The notes beneath the pieces were generated by a model. That model had not been told where the DNA came from, made no database searches, and saw nothing but the letters and a program-made list of their open reading frames with translations. From Octopus sinensis (Eukaryota), in NCBI RefSeq assembly GCF_006345805.1, contig NC_042999.1, positions 112,902,001-112,966,000 of the forward strand: a stretch of 64,000 bases of DNA. Reading direction: 5' to 3'. A program made the position numbers and the translations under genes. Shown piece after piece: positions 52,116 through 64,000 of the stretch (positions are counted from its first letter, which is position 1; every line of letters begins with the position of its first letter).

Positions 52116-54464
52116 TGTTTACAGTGAATTTCTTTGCCCTTGGTGTCGGGAAGGAAAAGAAATAAAATCGAAAGAAGAAAAACTCATAATAATGATAATG
52201 GATTTGTGATGCGAAGGAGGAAAAGACGGAGGCAAAGAGAGAATTGCGGTAGTCTTATCTATCGATCTGGAAGGGTCACTCACACCGTACTCTATCTGCC
52301 GCCTTACCGTCTAACAGGTCTGCTCTCGTACGCTGTCTACCGCCGACTGGCTGCTCGCGCCTCGCTGACCCCGGAGGCCACCACGGTCCTTCCGGTGGGA
52401 CCCACAGGCCCCACTTCTGAAGGACATGCGTACTTCCCCACTTCCGGTCCTTCCCTACAACACAGCCTGGCTCATAATACCACAGGTTTCAAGTTTTAGC
52501 ACAAAGTCAGCAAGTTCAGGCGCCCCCACCTGATCTGAAGATCCTTCAACCAACCTGCCCACACTCTTTCCTCAACCCCAACCAACGCCTTAACTTGTCG
52601 CGCAATCTGCGACTGCCGTGGTACTTCAGGACTGGCCTCAGTTCCTGGCATGTTGCTGCCGGCTTCGTCCTCTTGTCCATTATTGTTGGCTCCATCCTCC
52701 GTCGCATTGATGATCTTGCGCACATATAAAACATGACGCAGGATGCCATCTACGGAAGCATTGTTCCTCGAATTTAAAGAGGTTATTGCCCCCCTTTCCC
52801 CATTGTGATGTGCATCACGCATTTGGGGTTTTAATCCAGACTTCTTCCCCAACCTGCACAAAAGCATGCCCTTTCTCCTCTGCGGGTTGCGGCGATGCGT
52901 TACATGGATGTCTCCGCTCGTACTTGAATATTTCCCTGTGTGGCACTGAGTCCTCAGCCTGTCCCGACCTGGGTGACATATTATACCGAAAAACGGCCTC
53001 GACTGGTGAGATGTGGCACCCTCTCTGCCATGGTCTTGATGGTGCGATGATACCTCTCCACAGCCCCCTTGCCACTTAGCCAGTAATCTTCCCTGACGAA
53101 ACGGCTAACGTGCCACTTGTCGAGCATTTCCCTCAGTACCTCCGAGCGAAACGCGGTGCCATTGTCCACAAGCAGTTCATGCATGGGATCTCGTTCTAGG
53201 AATATCACATTTAGTATTCTTGTGATTTCATCCGCGCTCCCCGTCTTCATCTCCTTCTATATGGCCAACAACCCCGGTCCGCAGTCGACCATCGATAAGT
53301 ATGTCCCCTGCCGGTAGTGCGTTACGTCTGCTGCCAATCGTTTTCAATTGTGTTCCACTGGAATGCTTCCTGCCTCATGCACATCCGGAGCGGGGTCAAT
53401 GGACTGGCACCCGTCGCAGCTACCAAATGCTCTCTGCACATTCTGCCAGGCCACGTCAGAGTCAACTTTGCTGGCTGGGAACAGGGTCTTATCCATCCAC
53501 ATGTGATGCATGGTATGCAGTCTCCTCAGCTCCGAGTCACTCAGTCGACACCCTGCAGCCACTTCTTGCTCCAGCTCCTCCGGCACCTGCAACCAGGCTT
53601 TCTTTACTCTGGCCAGGACGTCTGCTCTATTCCTCTCAGAGGGCATAAGAACCACACTCAGCCTTAGGTCAAACTCGGCAGCTAGCTCTTCCAGAATTAC
53701 CAAACGGCGTCTTATCAGCATCTCTGCGCCCCCTTTGGTTCGCCCCCTCCATTCGCCGGTGATCACTGATCTCACCCCTCTAAGTACAGTGGTCGAATCG
53801 GTCCGGATCTCGATGGTACACAGCCCCCCACTTCAGAGCCAGGTTCAGCTCCTTCAACGCGGCATCCAGCTCCACCACGTTGATGTGGTTGCAGTCGTCC
53901 TTCTTCCTGAGCCAGGCCGCATCCTCCACATCGACACCTCCGATTTCCAGGACAACTCCCGTTGCTCTGCTGCTGGCATCACACTACACGGTCCCATTCT
54001 TCAATTTGGGCATATACCAGTTTCCTATTCTGAGTTCTTCGCAGTCACTCTCTCCAAGACCTCTTGCATCATGGCAATTGTCTTCTCGCCGACGTTGTCA
54101 CTCCACCTCACTCCTTCAGCTCGCCTCTTCATGAAGCTGCATGCTGTCCGGAGCCATCCTGCAATCGGGTAGTGTCCCAGCAGCTTCCTCCACACAGAAA
54201 ACAGTTCTCGCCTACTCGTCTAGGAGCCCATTTCTGGGATCTCATTCCCTCTCCGAAACACCAACGCGCCGGCATTGTCTCTCCGTAGCTTGAGTTCCAG
54301 TGCAGCTCCCCCTTCCATCGTCGACTGGCTGCTCGCGCCTCGCCGAATCCGCAGGCCCACTGCGGCTTTTCCGGTGGGACCAACAGGCCCCACTTCCGAC
54401 AGGACATGCATACTCTTTCACTTCCGGGCCTTCCCTACAACACAGCCTGGCTCATAATACTACA
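52116..54464 (-). mobile_element. Internally deleted Ty3/Gypsy-like LTR retrotransposon (RNase H + integrase)
   Basis: CDASS..TGVVLE, HINVVELDA, RTDS, NRAD (RNase H); H..H...C..C, AADVTH, LLVDNGTAF, GAVERYHRTIK (integrase). PPT-like aggtggggg at ~52523-52531. LTR copies start with TG at 52484 and 54464. High GC. Confidence 0.9.
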
Positions 54465-54677
54465 GGTTTCAAGTTTTGGCACTAAGTCAGCAAGTTCAGG
54501 CGGAGGAGCAAGTCGATTACGTCGATCCCAATGCTCAACTGGTACTTATTTTATAGACCCTGAAAGGGAGGAAAGGCAAAGTCAACCCCGGCGGCATTTG
54601 AACTCAGAATGTAAAAACAAACGAAATACTGCAGAGCATTTTGCCGGCGGGCTAATAATTCTGCCAGCTCGCTGCCT

Positions 54678-54679
<2 letters not shown>
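54465..54679 (-). mobile_element. tRNA-derived SINE abutting the upstream LTR copy
   Basis: Head aaggcagcgagctggcag, B box gagttcaaatgcc, tail ...cttgaaacc. Confidence 0.85.
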
Positions 54680-54729
<50 letters not shown>

Positions 54730-55118
54730 GGGATGGAAGCACTCCGTCGGTTACGACGATGAGGGTTCCGGTTGATCCGAATCAACGGAACAGCCTGCTC
54801 GTGAAATTAACGTGTAAGTGGCTGAGCACTCCACAGACACGTGCACCCTTAACGTAGTTCTCGGGGATATTCAGCGTGACACAGAGAGTGACAAGGCCGG
54901 CCCCTTGAAATACAGGTACAACAGAAACAGGAAGTAAGAGTGAGAGAAAGTTGTGGTGAAGCGTACAGCAGGGATCACCACCATCCCCTGCCGGAGCCTC
55001 GTGGAGCTTTTAGGTATTTTCGCTCAATAAACACTCACAACGCCCGGTCTGGGAATCGAAACCGCGATCCTATGACCGCGAGTCCGCTGCTCTAACCACT
55101 GGGCCATTGCGCCTCCAC
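54730..55118 (-). mobile_element. Apparently young full-length tRNA-derived SINE (third family) inside (TAC)n
   Basis: Head gtggaggcgcaatggcccagtggttagagc...ggtttcgattccc; (TAC)n on both sides (54679-54729, 55119-55195). Confidence 0.85.
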
Positions 55119-55119
55119 C

Positions 55120-55195
<76 letters not shown>

Positions 55196-55640
55196 TTATT
55201 TTGGCACAAAGCCCGACATCTTGCGGGAGGTGTCTATTACATCGACCCTAGTACTCAACTAGTATCTATTTTATCGACCCCGAAAGGATGAAAGGCAATG
55301 CCGACCTGGGCGAAATTTGATCTCGGGGCGTAAAGTCAGAAAAATCGCCGCTAAGTATTTTGTCCGGGGTGCTAAAGATATCTTGCCCGCTCGCTTCTTT
55401 ATTTGAAACCAATATTAAGAGTGAAAAAGGTGGTGTATTGGTAGAATTGTTACCATACCGGAAAAATGCTTAGCGGCATTTCTCCCGGCTTGACATTCTG
55501 AGTTGAAATGCCGCTGGGGTCGACTTTGCCTTTCATCCTTTTAAGGTCGATAAAATAAGTACCAGTTGAAACTGGGGTCGATGTAATCGACTTAAATCCG
55601 GCCCTGAAATTTCTGGCCTTGTACCAGTGTTTGAAACCAA
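55196..55640. mobile_element. Head-to-head inverted pair of tRNA-derived SINEs
   Basis: Minus copy 55196-55400 and plus copy 55425-55640 of the same family. Confidence 0.75.
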
Positions 55641-56057
55641 TATCATGAATAAAAAATTGTTGGTAGAATTAAGGAAGGGAGGTAATCCGTTGTCTCTTGT
55701 GTTTCCTCCGATCTCTCTCACTCTCTATCTGTACCTTCCATTTTTCATTATCTTCTACGTTCTGCGGTAAGTGGTTAAAGTATATTGTTGGATATAAATA
55801 GGACGCAAATCTCATTCTGTAATAAGATTTTTTTGTGCGTAAAGTACACCAACAGTTTTCTTGCAGGCGGAGACAGATAGTGAAGTGCAATCGCCACATG
55901 ACGTAAATTTCAGATAGCAGCAGCCAGAAAATAAATTTAAACCCGAAGAAGACACGAAAGAGAGGAAAGGAGAGAAAACAAACAAACAAAGAAGCAAACA
56001 CACACACCCATCCATCCCTATACACCACATGCACGCTCACATATACGCATCCATACA

Positions 56058-56059
56058 CA

Positions 56060-56147
<88 letters not shown>

Positions 56148-56148
56148 C
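56058..56148. repeat. (GCAC)n microsatellite
   Basis: Direct read. Confidence 0.98.
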
Positions 56149-56610
56149 ATACACGCGCACACACATACACATGCATCCTACGCATCTTGAAATCTACGTA
56201 ACGCGGAATTCATGTGATGCGAAATCTACTTTCCCATTGATTTCCTTGTTAGATGAAAACGTATCTTTATACAGCTCAGTGTTGAAGCTGAGTACATTTT
56301 GAGCAACTCTTAAATTGGTTTCATGACTCAGCTTTGTTATAAGCAAAAACTTGTTGACTTTGTTCTACAACTGTCAACTCTTTGACCACATTTTTTTGCA
56401 GTTAACTGAAATGGAGCGGGGAAAGCTTTTGTATCCTCTTCTTGACATGCATCAACTCTTCATTAGACAAACTTTCTCTATATAGGACTCTAAAAGCCCC
56501 AACAATATCATCTCTTACGACTTCCTCAAACCCTACATCGTTTGCCAGTGCTGCAACAGCTTATTAAGCTTGATGTAGACTTTTTGTTTGTGGAATTCTG
56601 TAGAGTTATG

Positions 56611-57112
<502 letters not shown>

Positions 57113-57329
57113 TATGTTTTACCAAACGCCAGTCATATCTGAGAGTCTCACACCATCTCATGACTTGCTTATGTTATGCACTGCATTCGTAATTTGAACT
57201 TTTCCCGGAAGTCTCTAACTGCAGGTTTATCTACCTAATCAATTGCTTTTATGAATTGTTTCAAAGTTCTCAGTTGGTGTGGCTTAAATTATCTATCACA
57301 TCTTGATCTACTGGTTGGAACAAAGATGT

Positions 57330-59345
57330 GTTCAATGACATATTAATAAATGGCCTACTTACACTTTAGAAAGTCCATTAAAGTTCACTGGCTAGAATGG
57401 TGCATAATTTAAAAAGAAAAATGCTTTGCTGGAAATATTACAGCTAGCACTGTACCTGTCTAGAGCAGGGCATAAAAAGTATTTGTAAACCAGCTTTGGA
57501 AAAGACTCGTGAGTCATCCAACTCTTTTTAGTTAAGTGCCAAATCACAAGTAGATAAAAATTAGCATAGTCTTTGAAAACCCTACTATTTTGGATGATAC
57601 TCTAGTAGGGGTTTTTAATTCCATATCACCAGCCGCATTTACTCTTATAAGAACACCAGAAAAGTTTTGGAAGCTTTAAAAAGTCTCGTAGGTACCAGGG
57701 GCGTTCAATAAGTAATGCCCCTGACCCACTTCCCATTGCAGTAGAGCAACGAAACTTGGCACATTTATTAGTCTTTTTCTACATAGGAACCACCCAGAGT
57801 TACGCATTCCTCCCATCGTTTGATGCAGCTCTGGAGACCGTTTTTGTAGAAGACCCCAGCTTGGTCCTCCAACCACGACGTGACTTCAGAAATCAAGGCT
57901 GCATCATCTGGGAAACGCTTTCCTTTCAAAAACAACTTCATGGCTGGGAAGAGGTGAAAATCAGAGGGTGCAAGGTCAGGAGAGTAAGGGGATGGAGGAA
58001 AAGTTCATAGCCGCACGCCTGTGCTTCTGATCTGGCAACACGCGAGTTGTGAACCGGAGCGTTGTCCTGCAGGAGGAGTATGCCTTTGCTGATCTTGCCC
58101 CGCCTCTTGATTTTGATAGCTTCTCCTAATTTCCTCAAAAGTGAAGCATAATAGGCTCCTGTAATTGTGGTACCCTTTGCCAGGAAATCTTTCATCACTA
58201 CTCCGTCCTGGTCCCAGAAGACTGTGAGCATGACCTTGCCAGCGGAGGGCTGCACCCTTGCCTTCTTTGGAGGAGGTGAGTCACGGTGTGTCCACTGCAT
58301 TGACTGGGCTTTGGTCTCTGGATCATAGTGATGGACCCAGGTTTCATCCTGTGTAATCAGTCTTTTGAAAAATTTTGACTCATCTTCTTGGTACATCTCC
58401 AAATCCATCCTCGAGCACTCGACGCATTTTTGCTTCTCGAAAGGTGTGAGCAACTTGGGAATCCATCTGGCAGACACCTTTTGCATATGCAAATGGTCAT
58501 GAATGATAGTTTCCACAGACCCGGTACTAATCTTGACCTCATGGGCTATTTGGCGAATAGTTATGCGTCGATCTTCCAAAATGGCAGCCTCAACTTGAAG
58601 GACAGATGCCTCATCAATGGCAGAAGGGGGGCGACCAGATCTGGGAGCTGTTTCCACAGAGTTCCGACCATGTTTGAATTCACGATGCCAGCGTTTTACA
58701 AGGTCATATGATGGGGCATCATCACCATAAGTTACTTTCATTTCATCAAAAGTCTCCCGTGGTGTGCGTCCTTTCAAATACAAAAACCGGATCACTGCTC
58801 GACACTCAACAGGCTCCATTTCACACTTGACTCAGTTCAAACATCTGTAAATCAGAAACCACAATTAGTTCAGAGCTGTAATTTGCCACTTAATCTATAA
58901 AGATATAAATAATTGCACATGCAAAATTTCAGCTAGATCAAACAACTGCAAGTGGGTTAGGGGCATTACTTATTGAACGTCCCTCGTATGTGCTTCCAGA
59001 AAAGCGAAGTTTCATCAATATCATACACATGTTTTGGCATGTAACCCCCTTCAGCAATTATTTTTCAGCTTTCTAGAATAATTTGTTGCAGCTTCTGTAT
59101 CAGTACTTGTAGTTTCATTGATCATCTTTATGTTGAGCAAATTTAGGTGACTCTTAAGTCTTTCAAACCAGCGTTTACTTGCAAGTAAATCTTTTGCTTC
59201 AGAAGTCGTGTCTTCCGCTTTGTGCAAATTGTCATACAAACTTTTAGTGTTCATTAGAATGGCTATCATATCCATTGGTAAATTACATCCCATTTTGTCG
59301 TCGAGCCACACACTCAGGAGCTGTCTCATTTTAAGCAGCAGTCCA
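57330..59345 (-). mobile_element. Tigger/pogo relic split by a mariner insertion
   Basis: Right part MRQLLSVWLDD...ASKRWFERLK...EGGYMPKHVYDIDE..FWK; left part FKASK...NAAGDM.LK...KSWMT, the DDE_1 region. Confidence 0.85.
57695..58986 (-). mobile_element. Near-intact mariner transposon
   Basis: 37-bp TIRs with 3 mismatches, TA TSD on both sides, DD34D transposase 58819-57768 with one frameshift. Confidence 0.97.
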
Positions 59346-60238
59346 GATCTATGGAAAAAACAACAAGAGCAGGAAAAAAACTAAAACGAAAAAACTAAAA
59401 ACAACAACAACCCTAAAACATCCAGACACTTAACTGTATAGCTATTTGAGCACTTGATCTAATCTGATATTAATTACCATGTATTACTCTTATAGTAAAC
59501 ATTGCAAGTTACATACTTTTGCGATATTGCTGGATTTTCTTCTGTATTAAACCTTGTAGATCAAGTTTTACAAAAGCTTGATCAACATTCAATGTGATCT
59601 CTTTATGACTTCTGAGAATAAAAATAAAAATGTGATAAAATGAAGAGTAAAGGGTATAACAGTTGATTTTAATCTTTTGCATTTGTTTATATTGATACTC
59701 TTCGTTATTTTCATTTTATATCTCCATATCAACGCCTGCACTTTGATATATTTATTTTATTTTGGCATTCGGCATTAAAATAACCATTTCACACTATCTT
59801 ATCAGTTCATGTAGTTTTACCAACCCAAACTATATTATTACCTTATACAATGATGTAAATTATCATGCCATATCAAGCTTATATCATTTTGTTATTATTA
59901 CACGTATTTGTATAGCTACATTGTTATAACATTTATATTATAACATCCATTCAAACTTAAATTGAATCACCATCTTGTCTAATAAGTTATTACTACATCT
60001 GTATTATTGTACTATTATCTATATAGTTACCTTATTTTACACAATCATTTACATAATAGACATTTTCATATTTAATCTATCTTGGATAAACTTGGCACAA
60101 TTTATCCAATATCTAACTTTATGTTTAAGAGGAGTTGCCTCCCTCGTCTCAGTTACGAACTGTTTGTTAAGCTAGGACTAAAAACTCTATCAGAGTTATT
60201 GAGATCTCGCTACTAACCGAAAGTTCTCCATTGGACAA

Positions 60239-60239
<1 letters not shown>

Positions 60240-60282
<43 letters not shown>

Positions 60283-60288
60283 CTTTAT

Positions 60289-60338
<50 letters not shown>

Positions 60339-60490
60339 ACCGACCAAGCTATCAGATGTTGCTACACATCGCTAGTCACAATGCGCTTCGCATTGTTTTA
60401 GCCTTCAAACGACGCCACCCCGCTGGGTAAGCGAGCAGGCCAATATATATATATATATATATAGTGTGTGTGTGTGTGTGTGTATGTGTG
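60240..60490. repeat. (TA)n/(TG)n cluster with an embedded ~110-bp CpG-rich retroposon-like piece
   Basis: (TA)n runs flank atcacgtgaccgacc...gagcaggcca (60331-60441). Confidence 0.7.
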
Positions 60491-61752
60491 TGTGTATGTG
60501 TGTTTGTGTATGTGTATGTATATAAAGCAATGCTATTTAATTTGCTAGTGTGCTATCCCTGGTTTTGCTGCCTTGGTCTTCAGGCCCTGTGTATGTTAAA
60601 AGAATGAGAAATTTTTTGAAAAGATATTTTTCTATTTTTCGCTTCCATCAAGATGAATTAGTGATTGTGAGTTATTTTTCCTGGACTGTGGTAATGAACT
60701 CATTGGAAACAAACATTGTAAATTATTTGATGTTGAGGAGAAACGAAAATATTAACAGTTTTTAAGGGAGATTAACCTCTACAATAGCAGAAGAGTAATA
60801 GGAGCAGGGAAGGAGAAGATAGGTGAACGACAGAAGAGCAAATGTATGTATAAAAATATAAATAAAGCAGGTAAATGGTAGACGGACGAATGTTAGGAGA
60901 GCATGGAGTAAAGAGCAAAGAAAACTTTAGCTGAATCAGTATCAGGTGTCTGTGCATATATATAGTTCTTGTACGGTGGAGGTTAATCTTTCCCAGCTGC
61001 ATAATAATTAAAAGCAAGATGAGATTATCTCCGACCTGATGCTAAGAGAGCTTGTATGTCAAGGTTCCAGAAGATTTTCTTCTTTTTTGCTGAGTACAGA
61101 TTACACTTTTTATTTCCATTTAAAAAGGGCCTGAATTTCTCCAGGATTTTTTATTTATTTAGTACTATAGTATCTTTATGTTTGAAACCTTTTCTTTTAA
61201 TCTCCAGATATAGTCGGCCAATTTTTAGTCTTCATTTCATATAAGCATTTAAAAGAAGATATATGACTAAAAAATCTTGTTTATTTTTTCTTCTGTCATG
61301 TCCTGTATGACAGTCATGTGTTTCTAATACATTGAGGTCCTAGAGAGGCAACCGCTGCCTTGTGAATTAGTGTTTTTCTTTCATAGGATTCGTCTGGTGG
61401 GGATGTATTAGGATCTCTTCATGTGCAAGTGTCTTCGCTTAGTAATATGTCTGATATTAAGTTTTGTACCTTCGATGTGCAATTACAACCAGTTTTGAAG
61501 TTGTGGCTCTTAAATAATCTGGAGGAAAGTGCTTGTCTATTAGCGTTTGGAATATTCTTGCTATAATTGATTTCAAATTGAGTGAAAAGTAGCGCGTGAA
61601 CTACATAACATTATGGCGCTTCGTTTTCATTTCTGGAGGTAAAGAGTAGGATGCATTGGTAATTTCCACTTTTGAATCCTCTAACAGAATGAATTAACCG
61701 AATATGTATAACTATATTCTATACCATGTATTGAGTGCATTTTCTAAAGTTC

Positions 61753-61774
<22 letters not shown>

Positions 61775-61788
<14 letters not shown>

Positions 61789-62187
61789 TGGTGGCTGTCT
61801 ACTCCTTATGCATAGTTTGACAACCTCTTGTACTTGTAACTTAGATCCATCATGGCGTCTGATGTGGCTTTTTAAACTAGACAATGTATTGAAAAGACAA
61901 CCACGAAGATTGCATATATGATTTGGCCACCCAAGAGCTGCAGTTAAGTTCTGATCTTTGTGGATCTTAAAATGCCTTTTGAGGCCTCCATTAGATTTGC
62001 AGACCCTATGAAATACATGGCATTGAAACGTGTGCAAAGATATATAGGCAGAGTAGTTGGTGGAGGTTCATTTTTCATGGGTCCGCAAATAAGATTTGAG
62101 ACCAGCAAAAATAACAACAACAACAACAATGAAACGGCACGGTCTGTCACAAACTACACACAAAAACGTCGCTGTGATTCACCTTCT
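61775..62187 (-). mobile_element. BovB-like RTE 3' end with three C2H2 fingers
   Basis: CVVCDRPC..AGLKSYLRTH, FQCHVFHRVCKSNGGLKRHFKIH and HICNLRGCLFNTLSSLKSHIRRH. Confidence 0.75.
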
Positions 62188-62725
62188 TGAGACTTTCTGA
62201 ATCTTTTGTTGTGGAAAATGAAGTGAAGCAAGGGGACCTTGATGTAATCACCCTCTTTGCAATATACATTGCTGTTGTTCTGTCACACGCTTTTCAAAAC
62301 TCTGAGAAGGGTATTTACATAAAAAATCGAACAAAGAATGTTTTTAATCTGACCAGACTGAAATTCAAAACAAATTTTTTTACTTCACTCATTAGGAAAC
62401 TCTTATACGGTTATGATTGCGATCTAGTCAGTCATTTAGAAACAGGTCTGCTGTCTCTTGTATATGGATTTGACTCAGCTTGTGATGGTTTTAGTTTGAC
62501 TATCAACTCGAAAAAAAAAAGCAGAGTTGTAAAGTATCATCCTTTACGTGGTGCTGTTTGGAAGCCCGACTCCTAAAATTTTCGTTAAGGGTACGTTACT
62601 TGAGGTTGTTGACTCTTTCATCTACCTCGGAAGCTCTGTACAAAATTATGGAAATCTGGATATAGAAATAGATCTGTGAATTCAAAGGGCAGCCCAAGAA
62701 TTTGATGGTTTGGAGTCACGCATTT
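62188..62725 (+). mobile_element. BovB-like RTE RT fragment (inverted relative to the neighbour)
   Basis: SESFVVENEVKQG...VFNLTRLK..LIRKLLYGYDCDLV...LEVVDSFIYLGS. Confidence 0.9.
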
Positions 62726-62745
62726 AGCACCAACGACACACACAC

Positions 62746-62812
<67 letters not shown>

Positions 62813-62817
62813 ACACA

Positions 62818-63195
62818 TCGATGCAAACTTTGCTTGGCCGAAATGTCAAGGGTGCTAAAAAATTCGCTTGATCCGGGGTCTTCTTAAATCCCAAAAGTGA
62901 GATGTTTAGTCGATGCATTCATGAGAAAAAATTCATGTTGAAGATATGGTATTCCTCGCTTGCTGACTGTGGAATGAAGATCGTGTATAAACTGGTTCTT
63001 TTCGGATTCAACCGGTCAAAGGGAGATAACTCCACTTTGATGAATTTCGTTTGACATTTTTTACCTACAACCCCAGCTAACCAAGACTGTATTCCTACTT
63101 CTATCAGTAGAGAGGTTATGGGCCCCTCCAGCTAGCATGTTTGCCGAGTTACCGATATTACTAAGAGCATAATAAATGCGAAACTAATAGTAACA
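62818..63195 (+). mobile_element. Penelope-like element 3' end
   Basis: RCKLCLAE...LNPKSEMFSRCIHEKKFML followed by a decayed hammerhead-like motif. Confidence 0.7.
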
Positions 63196-63224
63196 ATTCA
63201 CAGCCATAATCAATGACTACTGGC

Positions 63225-63363
63225 TGTCTGGTTCTGGGTTCAGTCCCACTGCGTGGCATCATGGGCAAATGTCTTCTACTATAGTTTCGGACCGACCAAA
63301 GCTTTGTGAGTGGATTTGGCAGACGGAAACTGAATAGAAGCTTGTCGTGTATACACACACACA

Positions 63364-63426
<63 letters not shown>

Positions 63427-63690
63427 TGGCTTAGTTGTTAAGGTTTTGCACTCACGATTGCGAGATCATGGGTTCAATTCCCAGCCCGAGCGTTGTGTTC
63501 TGTTCTTGAACAAAGAACTTCATTTCACGTTGCTCTGCGATCATTTCGACATCTGACATGTGGCACCCGTTGCACCTGTGCAGGTAATGTCAATTTGATG
63601 GCGGGAGTGAGCTTATATGTACACAAACATTTGATTACTATAAACAAATCATATGTGTGGTTGTTCGGTAAGAAATTGTCGAAGCCTATG
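63225..63690 (+). mobile_element. SINE head, (CA)n and a second SINE
   Basis: gggttcagtcccactgcgtggc family, (CA)n 63352-63421, then the head atggcttagttgttaagg...gggttcaattccc. Confidence 0.8.
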
Positions 63691-63729
63691 TACATTGTCT
63701 AACTTCATATGTACATTGTCTAACTTCAT

Positions 63730-63777
<48 letters not shown>

Positions 63778-63899
63778 TTTGATTTTGATTTTTCCAGTTT
63801 CAGCTAATGAGCTGTGGCCATGCTGGGGCACCGCCATTTGGTTTGCTACACGATTTTACCTCACGGATGCTTTTTAGCAAACGCCATCTGATGCATGAG

Positions 63900-64000
63900 A
63901 GAGTTCGATGCAGCTGCCCTCATCTGCACCTCATGCCGTGAAGTTGAAGAATAGAGCTTTAATATCTTGAGTCTTTCCCAGTAGCTCATATGCTGCACAG
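63900..64000 (-). mobile_element. CR1/L2-type LINE C-terminal fragment
   Basis: VQHMSYWERLKILKLYS matches the common ..LSYWERLK.LKLYSL motif. Confidence 0.65.

Noticed and set aside
53510-54172. 220-aa plus-strand ORF
   Set aside because: Antisense shadow of GC-rich Gypsy pol.
55045-55118. tRNA gene
   Set aside because: The tRNA-like A/B boxes run directly into a SINE body with no terminator or proper acceptor stem. The same applies to the head at ~63425-63490.

Overview
AT-rich, microsatellite- and transposon-dense animal genomic DNA. The SINE families and repeat load look like Octopus; this is inferred and was not checked against a database. The one host gene I can support is a diacylglycerol lipase beta-like gene (DAGLB, a 2-AG-synthesising lipase) on the + strand. 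It has 10 coding exons from 9154 to the stop at 42610, spliced in one consistent frame (about 565 codons) with the GHSLG Ser, GDD Asp and DH His catalytic residues. The N-terminal ~110 aa were not found and probably lie upstream of the window. Introns and the downstream region contain three full-length mariners (one nearly intact, nested in a Tigger relic), a Tc1 fragment, a hAT MITE, RTE, R4/Dong, CR1 and Penelope-type retroelement pieces, an internally deleted Gypsy element and many tRNA-derived SINEs. The most unusual observations are: (1) an intronic foldback whose two arms each carry a minimal type I hammerhead-ribozyme motif; (2) a PHD-like finger inserted inside an RTE reverse transcriptase; (3) a SINE tail at the start of both Gypsy LTR copies; (4) a 5'-inverted RTE; (5) a sharp CpG-depletion boundary near 49.65 kb. 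No wholly new system could be established from sequence alone.
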